A model generated the notes under the pieces. That model worked only from the letters and a program-made list of their open reading frames with translations, made no database searches and was not told the origin of the DNA. The position numbers were made by a program, and so were the translations under genes. A DNA stretch of 64,000 nucleotides from Nitrospirota bacterium (GTDB taxonomy: Bacteria > Nitrospirota > UBA9217): the NCBI GenBank assembly GCA_963751455.1, contig CAVVUN010000002.1, positions 224,001 to 288,000 of the forward strand, in the 5' to 3' direction. Shown here piece after piece: positions 11,672-21,355 of this stretch (its first letter is position 1; each line of letters begins with the position of its first letter).

Positions 11672-11704
11672 AAGGGTAAGGCATGTGCCTTGCCCTTTTT
11701 GTTT
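11672..11704 (+). terminator. intrinsic terminator
   Basis: AAGGGTAAGGCA/TGCCTTGCCCTT hairpin + T-run. Confidence 0.75.
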
Positions 11705-11818
11705 GCGTCCCTGCTCATGGTAGTCTCGATCAACAGGAGACGAATTTTTTGTTTTTCTGAGATTGATACGAAATATGGTAGTATCATACTCTACAAAAGC
11801 GCTATTCAGGAGTATCGG

Positions 11819-12640
11819 ATGAAAAACTTTTTACATGTGGCCTGTCAGGCTGCGCGCAGTGCCGAAGCCCTGTTGAGGGAAAACCTGCAAGGTTTGAGGC
11901 AGATCAGGTACAAAGGCGACGTCAACCTGGTCACTGAAATGGATATGCGCTCCGAGCGTGTTATAGTTGAAATGCTCAGAAAAGCGTTTCCCGGCCATGG
12001 AATCATTGCCGAAGAGGAAACCAGGATACCGAATAGTTCCGGCTATACATGGATCATCGACCCTCTTGACGGAACGACCAATTATGCCCATGGGTACCCC
12101 TGTTTTTCAGTTTCGATAGCGCTCGAATCCGCGCGGGAAGTCATTGCAGGCGTCGTCTACGATCCCATGAGAAACGAGCTGTTTTGTGCAAGTGCAGGGA
12201 GCGGAGCTTATTTGAACGACAAAAAGATCAGGGTATCGCCGGTGACCGTGCTGATACAAAGCCTGCTCGCGACCGGCTTTCCCTATGACCGGAAAGAGAG
12301 CGAGAAAAACAACATGAATTACTTCCATGATCTCCTCATGGCTTCGCAGGAAGTACGCCGGGACGGCTCTGCCGCGCTCGACCTCTGTTCGGTTGCCGCC
12401 GGAAGATTCGACGGGTTCTGGGAACTGAAGCTTAAACCCTGGGATGTGGCGGCTGGGAGCCTGATTGTTCGCGAAGCGGGCGGTATGGTTTCCGACCTCG
12501 CTGGAAATGCCTTTGAGCTGGAAGCCGAGGAGATCGTCGCGAGCAACGGCCTTATACACCCGCAGATGGTGGAAGTCCTTATAAAGTCTGAAGAATTACG
12601 GAACGAGGATGTGGGAGCGAAAACCGGAAACAATGCTTAA
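11819..12640 (+). CDS. suhB: inositol monophosphatase family protein
   Basis: WIIDPLDGTTNY, GSAALDL, KPWDVAAG. Confidence 0.92.
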   Translation: MKNFLHVACQAARSAEALLRENLQGLRQIRYKGDVNLVTEMDMRSERVIVEMLRKAFPGHGIIAEEETRIPNSSGYTWIIDPLDGTTNYAHGYPCFSVSIALESAREVIAGVVYDPMRNELFCASAGSGAYLNDKKIRVSPVTVLIQSLLATGFPYDRKESEKNNMNYFHDLLMASQEVRRDGSAALDLCSVAAGRFDGFWELKLKPWDVAAGSLIVREAGGMVSDLAGNAFELEAEEIVASNGLIHPQMVEVLIKSEELRNEDVGAKTGNNA

Positions 12641-13766
12641 CAAGCTTTCTTCTGATGTTTCGATCGTGCGCTGTCATGACTATGAACGCGCACGCGTTAT
12701 GTGCGCGGTTCGGAAGGCCGTTGATCTCCTGGGAGGCATAGAGAAATTTGTAAAACCGGGCGAGAGCGTCCTTCTCAAACCGAACCTTTTGAAGGCAAGC
12801 CCGCCCGAGAAGGCCGTAACAACGCATCCGGAAATCGTACGGGCGGTAATCCGTATGGTGCATGAAGCAGGGGGGAAAGCGCTTGTCGGAGATAGTCCCG
12901 GGTTCGGCGAGCTGCGAAAAGTGGCCGAGAAGGCCGGGATCCTCGATGTCGTCAATGAAGAAGGCGCCGAACTGGCGGTTTTGGACGACGCTGTGCAGGT
13001 GAAAAATGCAGGAAGGTTCCAGCGGTTTGAAATCGCACGGCGGGCGAGCGAAGCGGACGCAATCATTAATCTTCCCAAACTCAAGACCCATGGTATGACT
13101 ACGCTTACCGGCGCGGTAAAGAACCTCTTCGGGTGCATACCGGGAAAGCGCAAGGTCCAGTGGCACTTCAACACAGGCGTGAACCATGAGCTGTTCATGA
13201 CCATGCTTCTGGAACTGCATGCTCTTCTTGCGCCCCGCCTGACGATCATGGATGCGGTCGTCGGAATGGAAGGAAACGGACCCGGCAGCGGTGATCCGCG
13301 GCCGATCGGAGCGGTGCTGGCCGGACGGGATGCCGTCGGGATCGACGCGGTCTCAGCCCGCCTCGTCGGAGTAGCGCCTGAAAAGCTTCCGCTCCTGAAG
13401 GTTGCGAGGCGGGCCGGCATCGGAGAAACGAGGCCGGACCGCATCAGGATGCTCGGCGACCCTCTATCGAGTGTTGCCGTTAAAAATTTCCGCCTTCCCC
13501 CTCATGCCCATCTCGAGTGGCGCCTCCCTGAATGGGCCAGAAAATTTTTGAAAGATGCTTTGACGACAAGGCCGGTTATCAATCATGCTCAATGCATCCG
13601 TTGCGATGTATGCCGGGGCCATTGTCCGCAGGCCGCAATCGATGAAGCCCGGAAACAGCTTGCCATTCGCTATCGCGATTGCATTCGCTGCTTCTGCTGC
13701 CAGGAGTTCTGCCCTCAAGGGGCTATAACCGTAGGGCGGGGATGGGCGCTTAAGATCCTGCGGTAG
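12633..13766 (+). CDS. DUF362 domain protein with C-terminal 2x[4Fe-4S] ferredoxin domain
   Basis: VLLKPNL, TTHP, NLPKLKTH, CIRCDVC...CP and CIRCFCCQEFCP. Confidence 0.88.
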   Translation: MLNKLSSDVSIVRCHDYERARVMCAVRKAVDLLGGIEKFVKPGESVLLKPNLLKASPPEKAVTTHPEIVRAVIRMVHEAGGKALVGDSPGFGELRKVAEKAGILDVVNEEGAELAVLDDAVQVKNAGRFQRFEIARRASEADAIINLPKLKTHGMTTLTGAVKNLFGCIPGKRKVQWHFNTGVNHELFMTMLLELHALLAPRLTIMDAVVGMEGNGPGSGDPRPIGAVLAGRDAVGIDAVSARLVGVAPEKLPLLKVARRAGIGETRPDRIRMLGDPLSSVAVKNFRLPPHAHLEWRLPEWARKFLKDALTTRPVINHAQCIRCDVCRGHCPQAAIDEARKQLAIRYRDCIRCFCCQEFCPQGAITVGRGWALKILR

Positions 13767-13782
13767 CGTGCTGTGCAAGCTT

Positions 13783-14679
13783 TCACTCGCCATCCTGTTC
13801 CCCGGTTGTCGTCGTTTTCTCCTCCTCAATGCTTCGCAGTAATTCCTGCGGATCGGCATCCTGTTCTTCGTCCTCGATAGTGAAAATTGTTTCCTCCGCC
13901 ATCCGATCGGGATCTTTGCCGCGAGCCAGAAGCTCACGATACACGAACGGTTTGATGGTGACCGGAAGCAGCGGATCTTCGTGGAGGTCGCGAAGCTGCG
14001 CTATCTTCAGCGTCTTTAAAAAACCGGCAGACAGCGAGAGCGGGGTGTGCACATTTCTTGAGAGAGAGAAGCGTATTTCCGATCTCGACGACCAATTGGG
14101 ATGTCTCGCTATCATCAGGATGGTCTGGGGAATCGTGTCCCTCCGGCTTATAACCTTGTACAGATGGTATTCGGTGAGACGCGGATTATTGAGGCAAAAC
14201 TGAATCACGTCCGGTTCCTGGTCCTGCAGAAGCTTCAAAAGTACGTTTCCTGCCGCTTTTCTCGCAAGCGCCTTCCTGTTTCCCAGCGCCATGCTCGGTA
14301 TTTGCTCCATGATGATCGATTCAATCTTGTGCCGGAACACGAGAGGAATGAAATGGTTTCGCGTTATCTCCTCCATATCAAAAATGCGGAGGTAACGCGC
14401 TTTTGAAAGGGATATCGAGAGCGGCGATCCGGGATTCCGGACAAGAGCAAGCCGAAGAGCATAGCTTTCCGCCCACCGTTTGTCTTTTGCGATCGCTTCC
14501 AGAATGTCTGCGGGCATATCTTTCCTGTTCACGATCACGAGAATGTCCTGTTCGGTCAGGTTTCTGTTCGTGATAAGCGCCCTCAGCACCCCGGGTGACG
14601 GATCGTGGAGGTAGTTAACGATTTGATCTGCCCTCGCAGCCGCAGCCGATTTGATTTTTTCCTGCTCCGTCAAAGACAT
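13783..14679 (-). CDS. hypothetical helical-repeat protein (LxxNP repeats)
   Basis: 298-aa ORF with recurring ALVRNP/CLNNP/LSRN units and acidic tail. Confidence 0.75.
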   Translation of the reverse strand: MSLTEQEKIKSAAAARADQIVNYLHDPSPGVLRALITNRNLTEQDILVIVNRKDMPADILEAIAKDKRWAESYALRLALVRNPGSPLSISLSKARYLRIFDMEEITRNHFIPLVFRHKIESIIMEQIPSMALGNRKALARKAAGNVLLKLLQDQEPDVIQFCLNNPRLTEYHLYKVISRRDTIPQTILMIARHPNWSSRSEIRFSLSRNVHTPLSLSAGFLKTLKIAQLRDLHEDPLLPVTIKPFVYRELLARGKDPDRMAEETIFTIEDEEQDADPQELLRSIEEEKTTTTGEQDGE

Positions 14680-14819
14680 GGCATATTATACGGATTTTTA
14701 AAACTATTGACAAATCCTAAAGTTTTAGGTATTTTGTTACCTTAACAATCTGTTTTTTTAGGTTTTCCGAGTCACCATGTCATAGCTTCTCAGCGCACTT
14801 TTCCTTCGTAGAGGTTCCA

Positions 14820-15356
14820 ATGGAACGGACGCTGCTCCTCAATGCCACATTTGAGCCGTTGAAGATCATTTCATGGCAAAGGGCCATTACGCTGCTTACT
14901 CAGGGCAAAGTCGAAGTGATCGATTTTTACGATCGAGACATACGCGGCGTGTCGATTACCTTCAAACTTCCTTCTATTCTCCGTCTCCTCAAACTGGTCA
15001 AGGTCAGGCGTGCAAGCAGAGAGGTGCGGTTCTCGCGGGCCAACATCTATCAGCGGGACAAGTACACATGCCAGTACTGCGGCAGCAAATATCCGTCAGA
15101 AGAACTTACCTTCGACCACGTGATCCCACAGGTTCAGGGCGGCGGGGCAACGTGGGAGAATATTGTAACGGCCTGCCTTAGCTGCAATAACAGGAAGGGC
15201 GGCAGAACGCCGCACGAGGCAAGGATGAGACTGATCAGAAAGCCCGTAAAACCGCCGTGGATGCCGGTCGTGACCCTTACCTTCGGAATCAAAAACGCTC
15301 CTATCAGCTGGCGGGATTATCTCTATTGGAATATCGAACTGAATAACGAAAGCTGA
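14820..15356 (+). CDS. HNH endonuclease (McrA-like)
   Basis: RDKYTCQYCG, TFDHVIP, WENIVTACLSCNNRKG. Confidence 0.92.
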   Translation: MERTLLLNATFEPLKIISWQRAITLLTQGKVEVIDFYDRDIRGVSITFKLPSILRLLKLVKVRRASREVRFSRANIYQRDKYTCQYCGSKYPSEELTFDHVIPQVQGGGATWENIVTACLSCNNRKGGRTPHEARMRLIRKPVKPPWMPVVTLTFGIKNAPISWRDYLYWNIELNNES

Positions 15357-15508
15357 CGCTGCTTGAATCGCGCAACGATTTTTCCACGCGGCTTCTCTTC
15401 CTCGTGCATCGACTTCTTTCCTGATTATTCTTTTTCCCTTGTCAACGTTATGGTTTGATGTTATAGTCGCTATCGCCCAACACCGGTCATAATGGAGGAG
15501 GCAGTACC

Positions 15509-16144
15509 ATGAAAAAAATAATCACAGCGGTCACTTCCATCGGGCTTATTTTGCTGACCAATGCGGCCTGGGCAGCACCGCTGTTGACCCAGAACTTTAC
15601 TCAGAACGAGTTTACCACGGCTGAAAGTCTCGATCCGGGAATGACCCAGACCGGGATTAACTTCACCCTGGGGGATCATTACAAGAATTACTATCCGGAA
15701 ATCCGGTACGGTCTCGGCGCCCTCACCGAAGTGGGCGTGAAGTTCGGTATTTCGCTCGCAAGGGTGGACGGTATGGACAAACTCGGCGGCTTGCTTGGTG
15801 TAGATATAAAACACCAGCTCATCAAGGAGACCACCGGCATTCCGCTTGACATGGCCGTCGACATCGGGTTTGACAATACGATCATCAAAAAGAAGAACGC
15901 AAGCGAAATCACTTTTTCGACGATCTTCAGCAAAAGCTACCCGCTTACGGAACGCGGATACAAATTTATCCCGTACGGCGGACTCGAAATGGCGTCGCTC
16001 GGCGGCTCAGCGGTCGAGAGCGATACCTCGGTTTACGTCTTCGGCGGTTTTGAATGGAAACTGAGCCAGAAGTTCATGGTTCTTATGGAGTTCAAGGGCG
16101 GTCACAGAAATCTCGGCGGGATCGCCATTCGCTTCGAGTATTAA
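15509..16144 (+). CDS. exported protein, probable outer-membrane beta-barrel
   Basis: Signal peptide AWA, alternating beta pattern, C-terminal aromatic (IRFEY); GGAGG RBS. Confidence 0.7.
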   Translation: MKKIITAVTSIGLILLTNAAWAAPLLTQNFTQNEFTTAESLDPGMTQTGINFTLGDHYKNYYPEIRYGLGALTEVGVKFGISLARVDGMDKLGGLLGVDIKHQLIKETTGIPLDMAVDIGFDNTIIKKKNASEITFSTIFSKSYPLTERGYKFIPYGGLEMASLGGSAVESDTSVYVFGGFEWKLSQKFMVLMEFKGGHRNLGGIAIRFEY

Positions 16145-16184
16145 GTATAAATTTCAGCGCGGTTCGGTATCGTCTTTCAACAGT

Positions 16185-16670
16185 ATGCCTCTTTCGCCTT
16201 CTGGAAATATCCGAGCTGTTCCTCTCCCCCTTCTCTTGCAGGAACTGCAGCAGGGAAAAGCCTCCGGGACGCTGACTCTGGTTCGGGGCGGCGTAAAGAA
16301 ATCCGTCTTCATAAAGAACGGCCAGATCGTTTTCGCAACATCGACGGAGGGGAACGACCGTCTTGGAGAAATACTGGTGAAGGCCGGCCTCATCACTTCC
16401 CAGCAGCTGGAGACCGGGCTGGCGGAGTACCGCAAGAATGTGGGGATCAAAAAGCTCGGCGCGATTCTGGTAGAACACGGTTTCGTTTCCCCCAAGGGCC
16501 TCTTTACCGGGCTGAAGAGCCAGGTTAAAGACATCATATACAGTCTTTTTTTATGGGACCAGGCCGAATATCAATTCAATGCGCACCTGCCGCCTGATAT
16601 CATCGAGCTTCACATAAACCTTCAGGAACTGATCGAAGAAATCATCGCGCGCATCAAACGAGAGGGCTAA
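16185..16670 (+). CDS. DUF4388/PATAN-like domain protein
   Basis: SGTLTL...VFIKNGQIVFATS, RLGEILV, KLGAILV, LFLWDQAEYQF. Confidence 0.8.
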   Translation: MPLSPSGNIRAVPLPLLLQELQQGKASGTLTLVRGGVKKSVFIKNGQIVFATSTEGNDRLGEILVKAGLITSQQLETGLAEYRKNVGIKKLGAILVEHGFVSPKGLFTGLKSQVKDIIYSLFLWDQAEYQFNAHLPPDIIELHINLQELIEEIIARIKREG

Positions 16671-16696
16671 CGTGAGGAGCGCGCGGTTCTTTTTTA

Positions 16697-17335
16697 TTGT
16701 CCTTTCGTCCGGTTACAGGTATAATTTCGCGTACATTAAACTTGAGGCAATTTAACGGAGCGATAGTGAAAGCCCTGGAGCACGCATCATTTTCCGAGAT
16801 GGCCGAACGGGTCAGTGCGCTGTACAACGAGGAGCAGGATGCCCTTCTTCTTGCGATGCTCGGTCAGGAGTACATTATCCGTCATGACGGCATTTTTCTT
16901 CACGGGCAGAAGGCGCCCGAGATCCACGTATCGGTCCTCATGGACTATCTCTTCTCATCAGGTACGGCGCTTACTATCATGCCCTGGCGAAGCATCAAAG
17001 ATTTTTCATCCGTCCTTTCTCCCGATTTCAGGAAAAAAGTCGAACTGCCCCTGACCCAGTATGCTGCGGAGATGATCACACGTGCAAATGCGCTTCTGCC
17101 CATGCTAGACGCAAAGACGGTTCAGAGTCTGATCGGCAGCGACATGGCAGTCACGGTTCTGGCCCTTCCCAAGGTGTACCTTCACATGGAACTCTCGCAG
17201 GAGACGCCTGATTTCCCGCCGGAAGTATGGATCCTGTTCTCGAACAACGCGAATGATTTTCTGAGCGTAGAGAGCCTGCAGGCTATTGCCGAGGTATTCA
17301 AGGAGAGGCTGTTGAGCCTGCTCAGGATATACTGA
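16697..17335 (+). CDS. DUF3786-like hypothetical protein (start uncertain)
   Basis: ALPKVYL...DFPPEVWILF resembles paralogue at 56818. Confidence 0.7.
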   Translation: MSFRPVTGIISRTLNLRQFNGAIVKALEHASFSEMAERVSALYNEEQDALLLAMLGQEYIIRHDGIFLHGQKAPEIHVSVLMDYLFSSGTALTIMPWRSIKDFSSVLSPDFRKKVELPLTQYAAEMITRANALLPMLDAKTVQSLIGSDMAVTVLALPKVYLHMELSQETPDFPPEVWILFSNNANDFLSVESLQAIAEVFKERLLSLLRIY

Positions 17336-17343
17336 ACCACGTC

Positions 17344-18099
17344 ATGACGAAATCCAAAATTCGAACTCCGGCATCGGCACAAGACCGTCTGATCCTCGCC
17401 CTGGACGTCGACAGCAGGCAGGAAGCGCTCGCTATCGTCGATGAGCTCAAGGATGCAGCGGGCTTGTTCAAGGTCGGGCATCAGCTGTTCACTTCCTGCG
17501 GGCCGGAAATCGTGCGGGCCATCATCGGCAAAGGCGGCAGGGTATTCCTCGACTTGAAGTACCATGATATCCCGAACACGGTTGCAAAGGCATCTGCGGA
17601 GGCAGTGAAACTCGGGGTAGCAATCTTCAATGTGCACGCCCTCGGCGGCCTTGACATGATGAGGGCGGCGTCGGAGTCAGCCCGGGAGACCGCCCACAAA
17701 TACGGGTTGCCTGCGCCGGTCACGCTGGCCGTGACGGTGCTGACCAGCATGGATGAAAAAATGCTGCGCAGGGAACTGAAAGTCACGCGTACCCTTACAC
17801 GGGAAGTGGCTCATCTCGCGCGTCTTGCTCAAAGGGCGGGCATGAGCGGTGTGGTCGCGTCTCCGCAGGAGATCAAGCTGCTCCGCAGAGGAGTTCGCGG
17901 CGAATTCGTGATCCTGACTCCTGGAGTGCGGCCGGCATGGGCCGCAAAGGACGATCAGAAGAGGGTCATGACGCCTGCCCAGGCGATAGCCGCGGGTGCG
18001 GATTACATCGTGATCGGCAGGCCCGTGCTGAAGGCAATTGACCGGCGGGCGGCTGTAGAGAAGATACTTGAAGAGATGGAAAAGATTCATGCTGCATGA
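17344..18099 (+). CDS. pyrF: orotidine-5'-phosphate decarboxylase
   Basis: LALD, FLDLKYHDIPNT, TPGVRP, DDQKR, VIGRP. Confidence 0.97.
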   Translation: MTKSKIRTPASAQDRLILALDVDSRQEALAIVDELKDAAGLFKVGHQLFTSCGPEIVRAIIGKGGRVFLDLKYHDIPNTVAKASAEAVKLGVAIFNVHALGGLDMMRAASESARETAHKYGLPAPVTLAVTVLTSMDEKMLRRELKVTRTLTREVAHLARLAQRAGMSGVVASPQEIKLLRRGVRGEFVILTPGVRPAWAAKDDQKRVMTPAQAIAAGADYIVIGRPVLKAIDRRAAVEKILEEMEKIHAA

Positions 18100-18156
18100 T
18101 CAATGCTTGCGCTGCCCGGCGTTTTACTGAGATCGCGACAAGGAGTAAGCTAAGAC

Positions 18157-18735
18157 ATGATGACACCTGACCAGGTTTTGGAGATCTATAAAAAAACAGG
18201 CGCGCTGCTGAGCGGCCACTTTCTGCTCTCGTCCGGACTGCACAGTGAACAGTATCTTCAGTCAGCTCTCGTGCTCCAGGAGCCTGATACCGCTACAAAA
18301 CTGTGTGCCGCTCTTTCGGAACATTTTAAAAATATGAACATCCAGGCAGTCATCGCACCTGCGCTTGGCGGGGTTTTTGTCTCGCATGAGACGGCCAGGG
18401 CGCTTGGTGTGCGGGCTTTATTTGCGGAACGCGTGAACGGCGAGCTTATACTCCGCAGAGGGTTCTCGATCAAGCCGGGCGAACGCGTGCTGGTGGTTGA
18501 AGATGTGATTACGACGGGAAAATCGACCAAGGAAACCGTCCAGGTCGTAAAGAATGCCGGAGGCAATGTAATTGCAGCAGGGTCTCTTATAGATCGTTCG
18601 GGCGGCAAAGCTGACGTGGGTGTTCCGTACAAATCACTGGTAACGTTGACCGTTCCTGCGTATTCCCCGGAATTGTGTCCTATGTGTAAAGCAGGCAGTG
18701 CGCCGGTCAAGCCGGGAAGCAGGGGATTGAAATAA
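18157..18735 (+). CDS. pyrE: orotate phosphoribosyltransferase
   Basis: GHFLLSSGLHS, VLVVEDVITTGKS, KPGSR. Confidence 0.95.
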   Translation: MMTPDQVLEIYKKTGALLSGHFLLSSGLHSEQYLQSALVLQEPDTATKLCAALSEHFKNMNIQAVIAPALGGVFVSHETARALGVRALFAERVNGELILRRGFSIKPGERVLVVEDVITTGKSTKETVQVVKNAGGNVIAAGSLIDRSGGKADVGVPYKSLVTLTVPAYSPELCPMCKAGSAPVKPGSRGLK

Positions 18736-18819
18736 CATTACCTGAAAAGAGCATTTGGACGCGGATAAAATCGGATAAACGCAGATTAAGATAAACCTGG
18801 GTTCATCAGCGTCCAAGGT

Positions 18820-18990
18820 CTATCCAGAATAACTTTTTTTCTTCCTTAATCCGAGGCTGCTGTAGAGATGGTAGGCACAATCAGGACCGACCAGCGAGCG
18901 GGCCGATTCGAATGAAATTTTCACTCTGCCGCTCACGATCATTTTTCTGTACAGGTATCGCAGACGTATATCGTCGGATTTGTTCTTCAT
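18820..18990 (-). CDS. possible 56-aa small protein (below ORF-track cutoff)
   Basis: Hand translation MKNKSDDIRLRYLYRKMIVSGRVKISF...; TTGATT/TACTAT-like promoter just upstream. Confidence 0.4.
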   Translation of the reverse strand: MKNKSDDIRLRYLYRKMIVSGRVKISFESARSLVGPDCAYHLYSSLGLRKKKSYSG

Positions 18991-19197
18991 ACTGTACTGA
19001 ATAGTACGACACTTTTTTCTTCTTAATCAATAACTAAGTTAAGCAAAATGATCTTTGGTCTGTCCCCTATAATCCTCCAAATTGCCCCTTTTGTCATTTC
19101 GAACGAAGTGGGAAATCTAAGCTTTCCAAGAGTGAATGGCAGTTCGTTCAGGGCGGAATGAGATTATCACCTGATACCGTTTAAAAAGGAAAAAGAA

Positions 19198-19767
19198 ATG
19201 CACAAAGCTGTTTTTCTGGATAAAGACGGGACCTTGATCGAGGACGTTCCATATAATGTGGACCCGGATAAAATTAAATTTACCCGGGGCTGTGAAAGCG
19301 GATTACAACTGCTCCAGTCAAAGGGGTACAAACTGATCGTTATTTCCAACCAGTCCGGGATAGCCAGGGGGTATTTTACCGAAGAAGATATTCTAAGAGT
19401 TAAGGAAACGATATCGCAAATGGCAGCGGAATTCGGCGTAAAATTTACCGGTTTCTATTTTTGTCCTCATCATCCGGAAGGCACGATCGAACAATACACT
19501 GTCCGCTGCAACTGTCGCAAACCTCAACCCGGCCTCATTCTGCAGGCCGCAACAGACTATGATATCGATCTTGCTCATTCCTGGTTTATCGGTGATATTT
19601 TGAACGATATCGAGGCGGGACGAAGAGCGGCTTGCAAAACAATCCTCATCGATAACGGTAAAGAAACCGAGTGGGTCCTTTCCCGGAATCGCCTTCCGCA
19701 TCATATCGTCTCTGACTTTGAAGAGGCTGCCGAAATTGTATCTCTTCTATCCGGACATTCAGTTTAA
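19198..19767 (+). CDS. gmhB: HAD-IIIA phosphatase, heptose-bisphosphate phosphatase-like
   Basis: FLDKDGT, SNQSG, CPHHP, CNCRKP, IGDILND. Confidence 0.8.
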   Translation: MHKAVFLDKDGTLIEDVPYNVDPDKIKFTRGCESGLQLLQSKGYKLIVISNQSGIARGYFTEEDILRVKETISQMAAEFGVKFTGFYFCPHHPEGTIEQYTVRCNCRKPQPGLILQAATDYDIDLAHSWFIGDILNDIEAGRRAACKTILIDNGKETEWVLSRNRLPHHIVSDFEEAAEIVSLLSGHSV

Positions 19768-19899
19768 CCCTGATCTAGAACCACAGATGAACACAATTAA
19801 CTACTGCCAAATCAAAATCAGGTATCACCTCGTTACGCAATCCTGAAACGACTTAACTTCCTGCTTTTGTATTCCACCTGTGTTTATCTGTGGTTCCCA

Positions 19900-19992
19900 T
19901 GTCATTCCGAAGGAGCGAAGCGAGGAATCTTGGTGCAGGTCCCGTGAGAAGTATTTCAAACGACAAGATTTCTCACTTCGTTCGAAATGACA
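19900..19992. repeat. REP-like doublet TGTCATTCCGAAGGAGCGAAGCGAGGAATCT...AGATTTCTCACTTCGTTCGAAATGACA
   Basis: Inverted arms; single related arm at ~19092, related doublet at 35626-35713. Confidence 0.7.
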
Positions 19993-20016
19993 AAACGGAG
20001 AACATATCTGCTTTGT

Positions 20017-20988
20017 TCAATAAAAAAACACCCGGAACTTTATCGCGCCCGCGAGGCGCCAGTAAACCGACAAAAACGGAATCATGAGTGACGTAACGAG
20101 CATCTCAGTTATATGACGCAGAGAATGTGATGTTCCCCGCAGCCGGGTAAGACAGACCGATACGGTCAACAAAATCCATGCGGCAAGCGCCATTGCCGCG
20201 ATAGGCCTGACGTTCAGAGCCATGCTCAAAAAAGACAGGATCGAGCAGGCGACAATGGCGTAATAACGCGCCAGAAGCGGATTATGGATCTTCTTTTTAT
20301 ACAGGTCTCGGTGCTTTTTGTAGAGCAGGGCATTGAACATGCTCTTACTTTGTTCCCGAATGCTGATGCCCCAATGACCTCTCCGTACCGGGTGCACAAC
20401 CACGGCTTCCGGAACGGTCATGAGCCGGTAGTTGCGCTTCAGCAGAGTGAAAAAGAGATCCGCATCTTCGTGCCAGGCCCTGGTAAAGCGTTCATCGAAG
20501 CCGTTGACCTCCGCGAGAGCTTTTTTGAGGTAAAAACAGTTTGCCGTTACAAATTCGGAATGTTCAAGAAAGGAAGTGTTCAGTTCATAGTCGGTCGGAT
20601 CGTGCCTTAGAGGGACCACTATTTTCCCTGATACGCCGGCTGCTCCCCGGCGGACTGCAGAAGTCCCGCGTGAAAGCCAGTCCGGCCGCGGTAGACAGTC
20701 GTCATCCGTAAATGCGATGATGAACCCCTGCGCAGCCTTCCAGCCCCGATTCCTCGCTGCTGCCGGGCCGTGCCGTCCCTGAACAGGCAGATAGCGTATA
20801 ACGGGCGCTACATTTCCGAGAGCATACCCCTCGACCAGTCTTTTCGTTTCTTCACGCCCGGCGTCGTCCACCACAATGATCTCGTATCTCGATTTGTCGA
20901 AGGCCTGGAGCAGAAGCGCATCCATGCACTGTTTCAGCAGTGCGTCGCGTTTGTATGTAGGGATAACGACCGAAACGATGACATTCAT
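20017..20988 (-). CDS. glycosyltransferase family 2
   Basis: VSVVIPTY, VVDD, AAARNRG, FTDDDC, HEDADL, C-terminal TM helices. Confidence 0.92.
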   Translation of the reverse strand: MNVIVSVVIPTYKRDALLKQCMDALLLQAFDKSRYEIIVVDDAGREETKRLVEGYALGNVAPVIRYLPVQGRHGPAAARNRGWKAAQGFIIAFTDDDCLPRPDWLSRGTSAVRRGAAGVSGKIVVPLRHDPTDYELNTSFLEHSEFVTANCFYLKKALAEVNGFDERFTRAWHEDADLFFTLLKRNYRLMTVPEAVVVHPVRRGHWGISIREQSKSMFNALLYKKHRDLYKKKIHNPLLARYYAIVACSILSFLSMALNVRPIAAMALAAWILLTVSVCLTRLRGTSHSLRHITEMLVTSLMIPFLSVYWRLAGAIKFRVFFY

Positions 20989-21355
20989 TATTCCGCCCCC
21001 GCTACAGAAGAAAAAATTGTCCGATTGCGAGCGCGTCAATCGGTGAAGATTGCCGGGCCTCACGAACTTTTCGGGAATAAAACGGTTTTAATTATCTCGG
21101 AAACTTCATACTATTGATTCTATCTCGCAGGTAAATTCATTGTCAATTTACGAGCACATTTCGAACAGAATAGTTGCGACAAAGAAACTATAGTACTGGA
21201 ATGATCAAAAGAGATTGCAACAGATTAGTCCTTTATCACAAAGGAACGTAAGGCGGAGATGAGGCAGCGAAGAAATTTCGTAAAAGAGCGTGGATACTAA
21301 AGAAGGAGGTCGCAAAAAAGAAAAGGAGACAAACTTCGTGATCGCCTTTTGGATT

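Noticed and set aside
14680-15420. HNH gene as an RNA-guided (IscB/OMEGA-like) system
   Set aside because: Short McrA-type protein without RuvC motifs, and no evident flanking RNA.
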